Source of the DNA: Neoechinorhynchus agilis | Lineage: Eukaryota; Animalia; Acanthocephala | Assembly: GCA_051530055.1 (NCBI GenBank) | Contig: CM121342.1 | Location: forward strand, 10,059,480-10,123,479 | DNA length: 64,000 nt | Direction of reading: 5' to 3' | Shown: positions 37,706-50,500 of the stretch, in pieces | Layout of the letters: each line of letters opens with the position of its first letter | Position numbering within the stretch: position 1 is the stretch's first letter | Notes under the pieces: model-generated | The model's database searches: none | The model's input: only the letters and a program-made list of their open reading frames with translations | What the model was told of the DNA's origin: nothing | Position numbers and translations under genes: made by a program

Positions 37706-40487
37706 CTACTGATTTATTAGACGAAGAACATCACCGACTAAATACAGACTTCCTGTCACGGCGATCAATTCATGGTTGAAATCTATTGGGGTTTCTGCGC
37801 TAAGGATATCATCGATTTGATAAATATCCTTGATTATAGAAATTGATTGATTTTTGTTGATAACGGTGCTAAGGTAATTTACGCCGTCGTTGATCTCAGA
37901 GCTCCCAAACTCTGACGTTGATCCACTTTGTTGAACAAACACAATTTGATGAAAGATTGAGACCTTTTCTGAGTTTAGAATCGGAGTAAAAGTGATTAGA
38001 CTCACGTTAAAGTTCTTTAGAAAAGCGACGGGATCTCTTCCATGACTAAAATGTAACAATAGGTAAATCCGGGAATTTTTTACATTAAAGTTTTGTAATT
38101 CAGATTGGATCCAGTCGCTGGTGTACTTGCTGGCTTCAACGGTGTGTGCCCCATCCAACATCCAAGTGCGCTGAGAGGTTTGACGAACAACTTGGTACCG
38201 TCCGATCCAGTTAAAAGATCGAATTCCTTTATAAAAAGCGCAGAATTCTCATTTTGCATAATTTTGAGGTTTTTGATTTTGTCTACAAATTAATTTCGAA
38301 TTGTGCTGGACGATAATAAAAGCTATTGATAATTTCTCTCTTTTTAATCATTACTGGCGTTCGGACTAGACTAATCGTCTTTATACCTATTTTAGACTGG
38401 TTTTGATATGAATCAAGAATTGCATCTTTAAAACCCCCGAATATTTTAGGGTGAGTATAACTTCTTAATTTTTTGAGGTCTGACTAACCGGTAATTTTTC
38501 AATGTTTTTTAAGTGTGACCTTTTTATCACCGCTGATAATTTTTCCTCCGATTTGGGAGGGTATCAAGTGATTTTATGCGCTTCCTTGACCAATGAATCG
38601 GTGGGCTCTGTGCCCAAGGAAAAATTATCAGCCGTGAAAAAATGCCACACTTAAAAACACACTGATAAATTCTTTACTGGTGCAATACCTTTTTTGAAGC
38701 GCAAAAGTGTCGATATAATAAGACTTTTGACCTGTGGTTACGATAATCACCCGGTTAAAAGTCATTTTATTGTTCGCGAAATATTTCGAAAGAGGAAACC
38801 TCACCTCATCAATCATTGCTTGTAAGTGTTTACGACCCGGGATTATCTTCACCACAATTCAAAATTTACCACCCCGAGAGATTTTCTCGAAATGAATAAT
38901 AAGAATTGAACGCTGTTGAAGATTATATACCTCGAAGTGTAAGTTCATCAATACGGTCGAGCGGGATGTTTTTTGTAGATGATATTTTTGACATCCAAGC
39001 GTTACAAATAGTCACAGCCAGTGCACAGTTTTTTATCCTCGTAGGACTTTTGAAGTCAATTTCGTAATTGGTCAAAATCTGAGGATCCACAGATAGCATA
39101 AATTTCCCCTTGAAAAAAAGATACCGTATAAATTTTTTTTTAAATATGTTAGATTTACCACTTCTTTTTCCATGGCGCGCCTCTCCAGGACTTGATGTAC
39201 CGCAACCGGTTGTTTAACCGAAATACAGATCGCGTTTTTCTTTAAAAAAATTCCATATAAATTGCAATTGTTTAAAGTTGTAAAGATACCTTGAATATTC
39301 CACTTTTCTGCCATGCAATCTCTTCCAAAGTGTTACCGAGGATTTTTTGATGATCATAGCCAATTGAGGTGATTCCGCAGATTATTGGATTACTAGAAAT
39401 TCTTGAGTTGAACAAATTTAAGAGATTTCAATACCTGATAATATTCGTGCAATCATATTCACCACCTAATCAATGACGATGAACTTTAATTACATGATAA
39501 TATTTTTTTAAGAACATTGCACTTAAGCGCTCGAAGAAATTCCTTTTGGTCAAAGATTCGCGGAGTTTATTTTTGGTGCTCATAATATATTTAATTCTTT
39601 TTTAAACGCAATCTTCCTCTTCACAAGTCCTACAAATTTAAGAAAAACATCAAATTGGCGATTTAAATACTTAAAATTCATCTCAAATAAAAAAATTCGA
39701 TAAAGGTTTTGTATATTTTTGTCAAAAATACGATGGATAATAATAAAATCTGAGGAATTCTGAACTTTAGATAGAAAACATTTTTCTATGCTTATAAAAT
39801 TCTTCATCATTATTTATGCCGGTTTCCATTATTGCGACTTGTATCTAAATGAAATAAACAGAGTGCTTTTAATCTCAAACGTTTTGCTCACATTTGACTG
39901 ACTAAATGCTTTTAGTGCAATCACCGTCATCAGTTCAAAGTATCTGACATTGTCTGCCTTTAAGAAAGCTCAAATCAAGTGTTCGTCTTTGAAATCCTAC
40001 CAGAACTCGTTTCGCTGCTTTATAACATATTTCAAAATATTCAGAAAAAGCTTGTTCACTAATGCAATCTCCGTTTAATCTGATACGTTCACGAGGGTCG
40101 ATTAAATGCGGCGACCTATGTGAATTAAGGGAAAAGTTGGGGAAAAGTATTGGAAACTCACGTGTACATCCCAGTTCGGTAACCGTGATTTCTGAGGATA
40201 AGCTCACAATAACAGGAAGCTGTGCCTTTTCCTTTCGTACCTGCGATATGGATTATGTTCATGTTTCTAAGACTTTCTTGGGTGATGGATAAAGACTCCA
40301 ACATCTTCGCCATTCGCATTAACTTTTCGTGATCATGATTCTTGAAAACGCATTTTGTAGAACCGATTTTGTGGAGAAGTCTTAAAACTTCCTGTGTTGC
40401 AATGGACAAATAAAGATCACGATTTTTGCAGTTACAAGAAAAAGGTTTAATCGGTACCTTGTAACTTAAAGAAGTTCGATTGATCAT
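37706..40487 (-). CDS. FPGS: Folylpolyglutamate synthase, multi-exon (several 42-50 nt GT-AG introns, one about 700-nt GT-AG intron, one non-canonical)
   Basis: IHIAGTKGKGT, YTSPHL, RERIRLNG, ETGIGGEYDCTNII, ITSIGYDH, WQKSGIFK, WIGRYQ, WMLDGAHT, VTGSLYLVG. Confidence 0.93.
38503..38659. repeat. SINE-derived foldback inside the long FPGS intron
   Basis: Arms 38503-38547 and 38617-38659 are inverted; the loop and right arm match the SINE body at 13500-13600. Confidence 0.7.
39469..39816 (-). other. Non-canonical intron FPGS (348 nt; TAAATAA...TTGAT|TA) with about 20-bp terminal stem
   Basis: Removal restores ETGIGGEYDCTN; no phase-compatible GT; AATAATGATGAAGAATTTTA pairs with TAAAGTTCATCGTCATTGATT (2 G.U, 1 mismatch, 1 bulge); a GC-AG alternative would delete 2 aa of the motif. 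Confidence 0.8.
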
Positions 40488-41089
40488 CTAAAATTCAAAG
40501 ATTTTGTTGTAAAATATCCTTAGCCGAAGAATAATAGAAACCAGAAAGTTCATTTGAAAAAGAAACATTCTTGTCGTTTTCGTGATATGACAACGAATAG
40601 AATGAGTGTTTAATGGGGAAGTTCGATGGAAATGAGCGACTTGTCTAGAATGCAGAACTAATTTTTAAAAATACGAAAACTCATTAGATAAGAATATGAG
40701 TTTTCAATAAATCCAAAAAGCGTTTTTGGAAAGATTGGCAGTCAGTTAATATAGAAAAATCCGATAAAAATTGATAGAAAGTTCAAATCCACATTTCGCG
40801 AGTCTCATTGAAACGCTTACAAAACTAAGGCCGACGCGAAGGCCGAAAATCATCAAATAAATAAATCATTTATTATAATTGGCTATGAAAAAAGTAAATG
40901 ACGAACATCTTTACGCTAACAAAAACTTATTTTCCCGAAATATACTCCAAAATCAAGTTGATTTTTTTATCTGTCAATAAAATCGATCCCGTTAACATGG
41001 CAATACTGCTCCAAACGTATAAATTGGACTTAATACACGACATCCACCGTAAAAAGCAGATAATTCAAAAAGTATTCGAAATAAATCTT

Positions 41090-42700
41090 TAAAGAATCAC
41101 CCTCTTACCCACATTATAAACAAACCTCAGCTTTTTATATGGCATCTACCCTTCATGTTTGAAAACTGCAAAAGTTATCCTTCTTTCAAAAAATGGACAT
41201 TTTGGCGGCGTCACGTAAGATTAAGACGAAGTTTATTATATCTACATTGTGGTGAATTTTAATGTCATATATCATTGTCCTCGGGGTGAATTTGATTACG
41301 AACTCACGTATTAAAAACTTACAAACAATATCGACTGAAGAGGCAAGGAAAACCTTGTGAAATATTTCGAATATAAATGAGTAACGAAAGCACCGGGGGC
41401 AGGATTCGCCAACCCACAATTGTGGTGAATGCTTGTTGTCCCTGCTTTCATTCGGGGAAAGGAAACTTCTTCCGGCTGCCCGTCATTACGTGGAAGAAGT
41501 CGCCGCCACAACATCATATTTCCGCCGAATAATTCCGTCCAGTTTTAAATCTCACCTTCTTCCACTTCTCAACGGGGCTTCCGACTCAGATTTTCTGTAA
41601 CCGATGCCCTACTTTGCATTTATGACACGTTCCTGCGCAACTTCGGCAATAATCCTTTGCTCGTCACCCGTCTCATTCAACTTGATTTATCGAAAGCATT
41701 CGACTCCGTGGATAATTCACTCCTTCTCCGGGCCTGCTCCGATTTTGGTCTCAACTTGTGGCAGATCCGTTGGCTCGAATCTTATCTTCACAATCGCAAA
41801 CAGTACAATCACTGCCGTTCTACCTCCTCGATCGCTCACCAAAAATGTTCCTCAAGGTGCGGTCACCACTTCTTTTTAATATTGTGTTAAACGACCTCAA
41901 ACCTCTCTCCTCTAACTCTAAACTCTTCCTATACGCCGACAATATCACCTTCATCGCCCATTCACCACTTAACCTCTAAAGAAATCATCCACATGAAAGA
42001 TTTTTGCACCAATCACTAACTCCATCTCAATTTCTCTATATGCTTCGAAATGATCCCCTCTCTTCCGCAACCCCACAACATCCCCTGAGCTTCTAAACGG
42101 CATCCAATGAGTCACCTCCCTGAGAATTCTGGGTATCCAATTTTAATCAAATTTGAAATGGGACTCGCACATCACTCTCTCCCTCAAGCGCAACACTTTT
42201 AAAATTTATCTCCTCACACGCATCTAACATTTAGGAATCTTTCACCCGACCTCTACAAATTTTACTTCTGCTTTATCATACCATCCCTCACCTACGGTTA
42301 CCCCATATTTTGTAACCTTTCCAAATCTCAAATCCGTCGTCTTGAAATTCTTCATAAAAGAGCATCTAAAATTTGCACAGCTGAATTTCACCCTATCACC
42401 GAATACCTTGATACTATTTTCATAAAACAATCAAAACGCCTCTCAACCCTACCACCACAATTTCTTCCACATATCGCTCCCTTTTCACACGAACACAACA
42501 CTTGTGATCCTAATTCGTTTCATCCTCCCTCGACCTTGCACCTCCCTATATCTACGCTCCTTTTCCCATGCTGCCCAATCGTCTTGGATATCAGAACTTG
42601 AAATGAAACTGAGGAAAGACCAACCTTAAAAGCACTTCTGCAAACAATATCCTTCAACTTTAACCCAACCGGATATTCTCGCCCGAGCGAACCTCCCCCG
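41090..42700 (+). mobile_element. Decayed CR1/L2-like LINE RT, interrupted by unrelated sequence at about 41195-41610
   Basis: LKTAKVI, LDLSKAFDSVD, VPQG, KLFLYAD motifs with frameshifts. Confidence 0.8.
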
Positions 42701-42795
42701 GCCGGATAGTCCCATTCGAACAGACACCCTTCGACTGGATATTTCCATCCTTACGGATACCCCTTTTTTGGAATAATCGTGAACTCGAATGCTTT

Positions 42796-43110
42796 GTGAA
42801 CTCGGACGCCTCTGTGGACTCGAATGCTTATGAGGGCCCAAAGGTACATTGGTCCTCCTATTCTTTCCTTGTACTTTTCAACAATAAACGTGTGCGGATT
42901 TTCAAGGCCTCAGCCTCCTTCTCGAGCATTGTTTGCAAGTTATTTAGACTGGCATTTCGATATTGCTCTGATCAGAATCGCCTACGCCATGAATTAAATT
43001 TACTGAGGGACATGCTGGTAAAGTTATCCGAGAACGACCTTCAAGGAAGTGAACCCAAAGAACGGGTTTTCTTTTGGAAGTTCCCTTACCCACTAGAATC
43101 CTCAGTGTGA
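42796..43110 (+). mobile_element. Penelope-like RT C-terminal remnant (shorter copy at about 35060-35160; possible GIY-YIG remnant at about 43940-44090 minus)
   Basis: LFRLAFRYCSDQNRLRHELNLL...FFWKFPY resembles the PLE thumb region; FCSCRRISYIS resembles the GIY-YIG YxFxCxC..YIG motif. Confidence 0.4.
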
Positions 43111-43600
43111 TTAAATGAGCTGAAGAATTTAGTGGGATTATGGTCTATTAGAAGAAAAAACGTAGATTAAGATTTAAAAAAGCGAGTTATTCCATTGTTA
43201 AACACGTTAAAGGACCTCATTTTCTTTTAAGAAAAAAGTTAAGTCTACTAACGTTTTATGTGAATGAATTACACAACATATCCGTCTACAATGCAATTTC
43301 CGAGCGTTGGCCACTTTGCCAAAACTTCAAATCCGCGTTCGCGTGAGATTCTTAAAAACCTTCGTTGTTCATTTTGTTGAGATGGAAGTGCAAAAACGAG
43401 CCGAGCCTGATTTGTCTTTACTAATTCGCTGAATTCAAGAGCAACGACTGGAGCTTTTGTGCTTTGGTCAACCTCATCATCACCATCGTCATATGATCCA
43501 AGTTTCATTGAGTCGACAATCACGGGCACTCGCGCTCCCAGTGGTGCTCCAGCAATCCACATTGAGGACATTTGATTGGATAAGAAGTTGGTATGATCCT
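43016..43600 (-). pseudogene. Duplicated 3' end of the 35.3-36.3 kb gene with an internal deletion
   Basis: 43016-43553 is near-identical to 35071-35627; a short segment (KCPQCGFPFNTKQ region) is deleted; no 5' exons. Confidence 0.8.
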
Positions 43601-44434
43601 CCCACCACCGGATATTCCCATCCTAACGAATGCGCTTTTCTTTTGAACAACTCTGAACTCGAATGCTTATGAAGACCCAAAGGTACATTGGTCCTCCTGT
43701 TCTTTCTTTGTATTTTCATCAATAAACGTGTTATTATTATTTATAAAAAGGAATGGAATTCATCACCTTCGGACATTCTCGAGCAAACACTTGACGGCAA
43801 TAAATTAAAGTTGATGTATTCTTCGATTCCTTATAGAAAGACGGATTATAACCCTTTTTTGAATTACGCCGCCAAGAATTTAATCCTACGCTTCCGTTAT
43901 AAGTTTGGGATCACACGATCAGAACGAGTGATCTAATAATCCATTAGTATTCCCAATATTTTATTATACTTGCGGTTTGAGTTATTTAAGAAGAATACTC
44001 GTTTTTTTGTAATGGTTGAGATGTACGATATCCGCCGGCAACTACAGAAATAGTCATTGGGATACGATATCCTCTTTCGTGTGGGTCTTTCTCCTAGGAA
44101 TTGGCAATGACAATATTGAATGAGAGCGAGGAGCATTTTTCGACTATAAAAACCCCGAATCGCACCTCCAAGCTCGTGAATGAACGGTAACATCCTTTAT
44201 TCGAATGAGATTTTGTGCGCAGATCAAGAAGCTGTCGCATCCGGATAAAAAATGTAGAATTATTGTGTCGAATCTTTTTCTCAAATCGTGACAAAGGGAA
44301 TCCATTAAAAAGGATATCCAATTGTAAAATTTAGGGGATTTTCGTTTTATCCAGAAAAAAATCCAATTCTAAGCAGCAAAACCATTGTAATTAATCAATA
44401 AAACCTAAATTTCTATGGTCGTGTGAAGTACTAC

Positions 44435-45548
44435 TTGGTTTTCAAGCCGCATCATTGATGAAGTCTTGTAATTTCGAAAATGGACACTTTTACGGGCTAT
44501 TGTAATGAAAAAAAGAAAATCTTTATTTCGGGGGCTTTCGCCGTCCTACGACTTCTTCAGCAATGTGGAAATGTGAAATTTGTGTGTTAAAGTAACTACA
44601 TTGAAGTGTGGAAAGTTCATGTTGCTTGTTGAACAGTTCTGTGGCTTTGTATAGCTGATGGCTTGAACTCTCCTCCGAATTGTCTGATGGAACATCATCT
44701 GCTTCCAACTGCCCGGAATATAAGTAGTTCATCGGCGATAGTTCCACCGGATCCTTGGCCACAAACCTAACTCGCGCCGAGAGTTTTTATTCTCCGTATC
44801 TGTGGTATTTTGAATAGTGCTTTGCTCAATTATAACAGTACTTTCCCGATTGTCAATTTAAAAACAAAACTTGATCAATCATGCGGTTAGAAAACCTTTT
44901 TGTTCATTAGACAGATAATAGTCGTCTATTGAAATACTCTTAATGCTTTTAAACCCAGAATGACTATGGCTAAGCAATATTGATAATATTCATCCTGGAG
45001 TGTATTTTTTGTTAGGTTTCGAATAGTTTGAAAAATGATTTTAGCTTTAGTAATTCTTAAACGGGCGCCCCCACAAATTAATTTTTCCCTCTAAAATGCG
45101 TTGGAAGTATAAACACTTTTTGGCTGAAATCGGACTTATCCTTGAAACGACAAATCTTTTTGTTATGTCCCTTCTACGATTTCGAAATTTTGATTCCAAC
45201 CGGAAAAGAAGTATATGAGCTCCGTGACTGGGATAACAATCAGTCTTGAATAGTTTTGTTTAAAAAAAAGATTAAAAAAAAATTTATGCAAAAAAAAACA
45301 TCACAGGTCCGTCTAAATTAGAATTGGAATGCGTTTATGTGATTACCGTATCTGTGGTACTTTGAATGGTGCTTTGCTTACGGTGTAGCCATGATTTTGC
45401 GAACCGGACGGGTTCCGTCAAATGTTTGCATTAAGGACGTTCAGTTCTGCCTCGCCCGAAATAAAGATTTTCTTTTTGTTATTACAACAACCCAAGTGTC
45501 CATTTTCGAAATTACAAAACTTGATAAATTTTATGGCTTAAAAACTTT
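44435..45548. mobile_element. About 1.1-kb element bounded by about 95-bp imperfect inverted repeats (non-autonomous DNA transposon-like)
   Basis: TTGTAATTTCGAAAATGGACACTT...AAGAAAATCTTTATTTCGGG at 44465-44531 is inverted at 45455-45520; no transposase ORF. Confidence 0.55.
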
Positions 45549-46068
45549 TTATGTTTGACAGATTATATTACATGTTTGATAGTTTTGAGCATTTTATTGA
45601 TCCTTGATATCGGCACGTAGAAAGGATCAATACGATGTTGTTTGTGAATATTTAAGAACGAATTCCTAATCTGACACGGTAAGACGAAGCAAATCCTTGA
45701 ATGCACAATTCTGATATCTCTCCGTTAAATACCGAAAAATCAAGCTCAGCCATGTTTAAAAAGCATTAAAGGATAAAAACTGACAGGATTTCATAGTGCG
45801 TCGTTGTGAATATTTCTTATCTCAATGTGAAAGATCCAGGCAACTGCTGAGGTGAAATTAACACGCGCACACAGAAAGCTCCCGAAGATTTTAATTTTTT
45901 TATTGATTTTAGTGCTTGATCGTCGTTTCGACGTCTAAAAGCAAACTAATGTCGCAATTTATTTTTCGCTCTCACTGATATCTTAACTTATTCTTAAGAC
46001 GAACACAATATTATATTGTTTTGGAAGAAATACTTCTAGTCTTTTGTGTCTCCAAATTTAAAACCAAG

Positions 46069-47355
46069 TTAATCGGCTCCATTATTCTCGTATGATCGAT
46101 ACACAGTTCTAAAATTGAGAGCTTGTAGCGGTCTAAAATTCATGGAGATTAGCGTCTTGGCACTGCTTTTATCCATGGTCGTGCAATGAATGTGCCGAAA
46201 TGCAGATATCTAAGACATTAAATTCAAAAGGATTTTACGGAGAAAAACTCACGTCATCAGATGAAACTTCGATTGGTTCTTTGTAGATTATTCTTTGGCA
46301 TGACTCGTAACACGGCGGAGTGGACAGAGAACCCTCATAAGCGAAGAAATGATTCCGGTCACCTTTTCGAGCAATACAATCGGAATTATCTGGGAAAATA
46401 ATTTACCGGGAAGAAGATTGTTCACATCGAATTGTTCCGGGAGTTTGTAAGTATCTCCTTTATACGTTAAATTATGAGCTGCTTCCGCTAATAAAGAGAA
46501 TGCAGCACTCGTTTGTCCTTCCTACAAATTGAAAGTTTAATCGTATTTCTCGAAAGTACGCAATAAAACCTTTACAAATATACAGAATATTACGAGGCCA
46601 TCAAAGCTCATCGATTGACTTGCTTTTTTAAAATCAGTATATTTGTCTGCGTTATAAAACACAATGTGGATCTGCAAAGAAGTAATTGGAAGCAATTAAA
46701 AAGTTTCCTCACCTCCGCAGGATAAACCTTTCCATCCATTACATGTTCAGATCCAGTTTGATTGTCCGGTCCCCAGTGCATATGGAAATGATCAAAATAA
46801 TATTTGTCCTTGAGAATACCGCCAGAAGTAACTAAAAAAGAGGTGTCTTCAAATGAACCTCGATCGGTTTTTTGAAAATAGAAGGAATTAAAAATGCAGT
46901 AGCGATTTCGGATAAAAACTATTATTTCACGAACTCACAGCAACCGGAAGGATCGCCCGTGACTTGTATGGTAAATCCAGCGTTTGTGATATGCTGACAG
47001 CAATTTGAGCTTAATTTCATCTTAATCCCCCTAAGTGCCGGATCATAAATTGTTTCCAATGAATTAATATAGATTGGTGATTGATATTTTAGCCTTTTCA
47101 TGACCGGATACATCATGCACCATTGTAGTGGACCATTGAATTCATCGTAACCAAATCCAATACTTTCCCTCTGATTATCTTCCTTTTTCGATCGAATGAA
47201 ACGCACGAATTTTTCACAATTGCTAAACGATTATGAAGAAAATGTAACCGATTTTGACGAAAAATTGAATACATTCGTAAAAATGTGAATGGTTTACGGT
47301 AACTTTTCCCGGTCTCCAAATCCCTTTTTGTTTCTGATTTCTTTGAGGACGCCAT
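46069..47355 (-). CDS. Alpha carbonic anhydrase, cytosolic type with N-terminal extension, 7 exons, all introns GT-AG
   Basis: GYDEFNGP..W, QSPI, Zn ligands in FHMHWG and EIHIV, GSEH, YEGSLSTPPCYE, NFRPLQALNFR. Confidence 0.9.
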
Positions 47356-47589
47356 TTTTGCCAAGATTAAAAAGAAGCTGTGTATTCGGCCGATTATTAA
47401 CTAAAATGAAAGTTGAAGAAAATAATTGAGAAAACAATCACAACGCGGATGTCATTACAAAACGAGTTTCAAATAAAGAAGCGACAATAAAAAACGAAGC
47501 TCAGAAGAGGCAAATTTCATCAAGTTGTCGGAAAACCTTAATATAAAGTTTACTCTATGTCCATTTTTGATAAATAAAATGTTCAAATG

Positions 47590-50500
47590 AGTGATTACCT
47601 CTCCGAAGCTGGAAGGTTCAAAGTGATAATGAGGTATCTAAGCAAGTGAAATATAAAGTCCAATTTAAAATTACAATCTTTCAGCGGTTGCAAACAAATA
47701 AGCCTCGTAGAATATAAAGACAAAATCAAGCCGAAGCTGGTAAGTTCAAAGTGATAATGAGGTATCTAAGCAAGTGAAATATAAAGTCCAATTTAAAATT
47801 ACAATCTTTCAGCGGTTGCAAACAAATAAGCTTCGTAGAATCTAAAGACAAAATCAAGCCGAAGCTGGTAAGTTCAAAGTGATGATGAGGTATCTAAGCA
47901 AGTGAAATATAAAGTCCAATTTAAAATTACAATCTTTCAGCGGTTGCAAACAAATAAGCTTCGTAGAATATAAAGACAAAATCAAGCCGAAGCTGGTAAG
48001 TTCAAAGTGATAATGAGGTATCTAAGCAAGTGAAATATAAAGTCCAATTTAAAATTACAATCTTTCAGCGGTTGCAAACAAATAAGCCTCGTAGAATATA
48101 AAGACAAAATCAAGCCGAAGCTGGTAAGTTCAAAGTGATAATGAGGTATCTAAGCAAGTGAAATATAAAGTCCACTTAAAAATTACAATCTTTCAGCGGT
48201 TGCAAACAAATAAGCTTCGTAGAATCTAAAGACAAAATCAAGCCGAAGCTGGTAAGTTCAAAGTGATAATGAGGTATCTAAGCAAGTGAAATATAAACTA
48301 GCAAACAAATAAGCTTCGTAGAATCTAAAGGCAAAATCAAGCCGAAGCTGGTAAGTTCAAAGTGATAATGAGGTATCTAAGCAAGTGAAATATAAACTAT
48401 ACTTAAAAATTACAATCTTTCAGCGGTTGCAAACAAATAAGCCTCGTAGAATATAAAGACAAAATCAAGCCGAAGCTGGTAAGTTCAAAGTGATAATGAG
48501 GTATCTAAGCAAGTGAAATATAAAGTCCAGTTAAAAATTACAATCTTTCAGCGGTTGCAAACAAATAAGCCTCGTAGAATCTAAAGACAAAAACAAGCCG
48601 AAGCTGGTAGGTTCAAAGTGACAATGAGGTTTCTAAGCAAGTGAAATATTAAGTCCACTAAAAAATTACAATCTTTCAGCGGTTGCAAACAAATAAGCTT
48701 CGTAGAATCTAAAGGCAAAATCAAGCCGAAGCTGGTAAGTTCAAAGTGATAATGAGGTATCTGAGCAAGTGAAATATAAACTAGCAAACAAATAAGCTTC
48801 GTAGAATCTAAAGGCAAAATCAAGCCGAAGCTGGTAAGTTCAAAGTGATAATGAGGTATCTAAGCAAGTGAAATATAAACTATACTTAAAAATTACAATC
48901 TTTCAGCGGTTGCAAACAAATAAGCCTCGTAGAATATAAAGACAAAATCAAGCCGAAGCTGGTAAGTTCAAAGTGATAATGAGGTATCTAAGCAAGTGAA
49001 ATATAAAGTCCAGTTAAAAATTACAATCTTTCAGCGGTTGCAAACAAATAAGCCTCGTAGAATCTAAAGACAAAAACAAGCCGAAGCTGGTAGGTTCAAA
49101 GTGACAATGAGGTTTCTAAGCAAGTGAAATATTAAGTCCACTAAAAAATTACAATCTTTCAGCGGTTGCAAACAAATAAGCTTCGTAGAATCTAAAGGCA
49201 AAATCAAGCCGAAGCTGGTAAGTTCAAAGTGATAATGAGGTATCTAAGCAAGTGAAATATAAACTATACTTAAAAATTACAATCTTTCAGCGGTTGCAAA
49301 CAAATAAGCTTCGTAGAATCTAAAGACAAAATCAAGCCGAAGCTGGTAAGTTCAAAGTGATAATGAGGTATCTAAGCAAGTGAAATATAAAGTCCAATTT
49401 AAAATTACAATCTTTCAGTTGCAAACAAATAAGCCTCGTAGAATATAAAGACAAAATCAAGCCGAAGCTGGTAAGTTCAAAGTGATAATGAGGTATCTAA
49501 GCAAGTGAAATATAAACTATACTTAAAAATTACAATCTTTCAGCGGTTGCAAACAAATAAGCTTCGTAGAATATAAAGACAAAATCAAGCCGAAGCTGGT
49601 AAGTTCAAAGTGATAATGAGGTATCTAAGCAAGTGAAATATAAAGTCCAATTTAAAATTACAATCTTTCAGCGGTTGCAAACAAATAAGCCTCGTAGAAT
49701 ATAAAGACAAAATCAAGCCGAAGCTGGTAAGTTCAAAGTGATAATGAGGTATCTAAGCAAGTGAAATATAAAGTCCACTTAAAAATTACAATCTTTCAGC
49801 GGTTGCAAACAAATAAGCTTCGTAGAATCTAAAGACAAAATCAAGCCGAAGCTGGTAAGTTCAAAGTGATAATGAGGTATCTAAGCAAGTGAAATATAAA
49901 GTCCACTTAAAAATTACAATCTTTCAGCGGTTGCAAACAAATAAGCCTCGTAGAATCTAAAGACAAAATCAAGCCGAAGCTGGTAAGTTCAAAGTGATAA
50001 TGAGGTATCTAAGCAAGTGAAATATAAAGTCCACTTAAAAATTACAATCTTTCAGCGGTTGCAAACAAATAAGCTTCGTAGAATCTAAAGACAAAATCAA
50101 GCCGAAGCTGGTAAGTTCAAAGTGATAATGAGGTATCTAAGCAAGTGAAATATAAAGTCCAATTTAAAATTACAATCTTTCAGCGGTTGCAAACAAATAA
50201 GCCTCGTAGAATATAAAGACAAAATCAAGCCGAAGCTGGTAAGTTCAAAGTGATAATGAGGTATCTAAGCAAGTGAAATATAAAGTATACTTAAAATTAC
50301 AATCTTTCAGCGGTTGCAAACAAATAAGCCTCGTAGAATATAGACAAAATCAAGCCGAAGCTGGTAAGTTCAAAGTGATAATGAGGTATCTAAGCAAGTG
50401 AAATATAAAGTCAATTTAAAATTACAATCTTTCAGCGGTTGCAAACAAATAAGCCTCGTAGAATCTAAAGACAAAATCAAGCCGAAGCTGGTAAGTTCAA

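Noticed and set aside
39469-39816. U12-type AT-AC introns as the explanation for non-GT junctions
   Set aside because: None has the ATATCCTT 5' motif or a CCTTAAC branch site.
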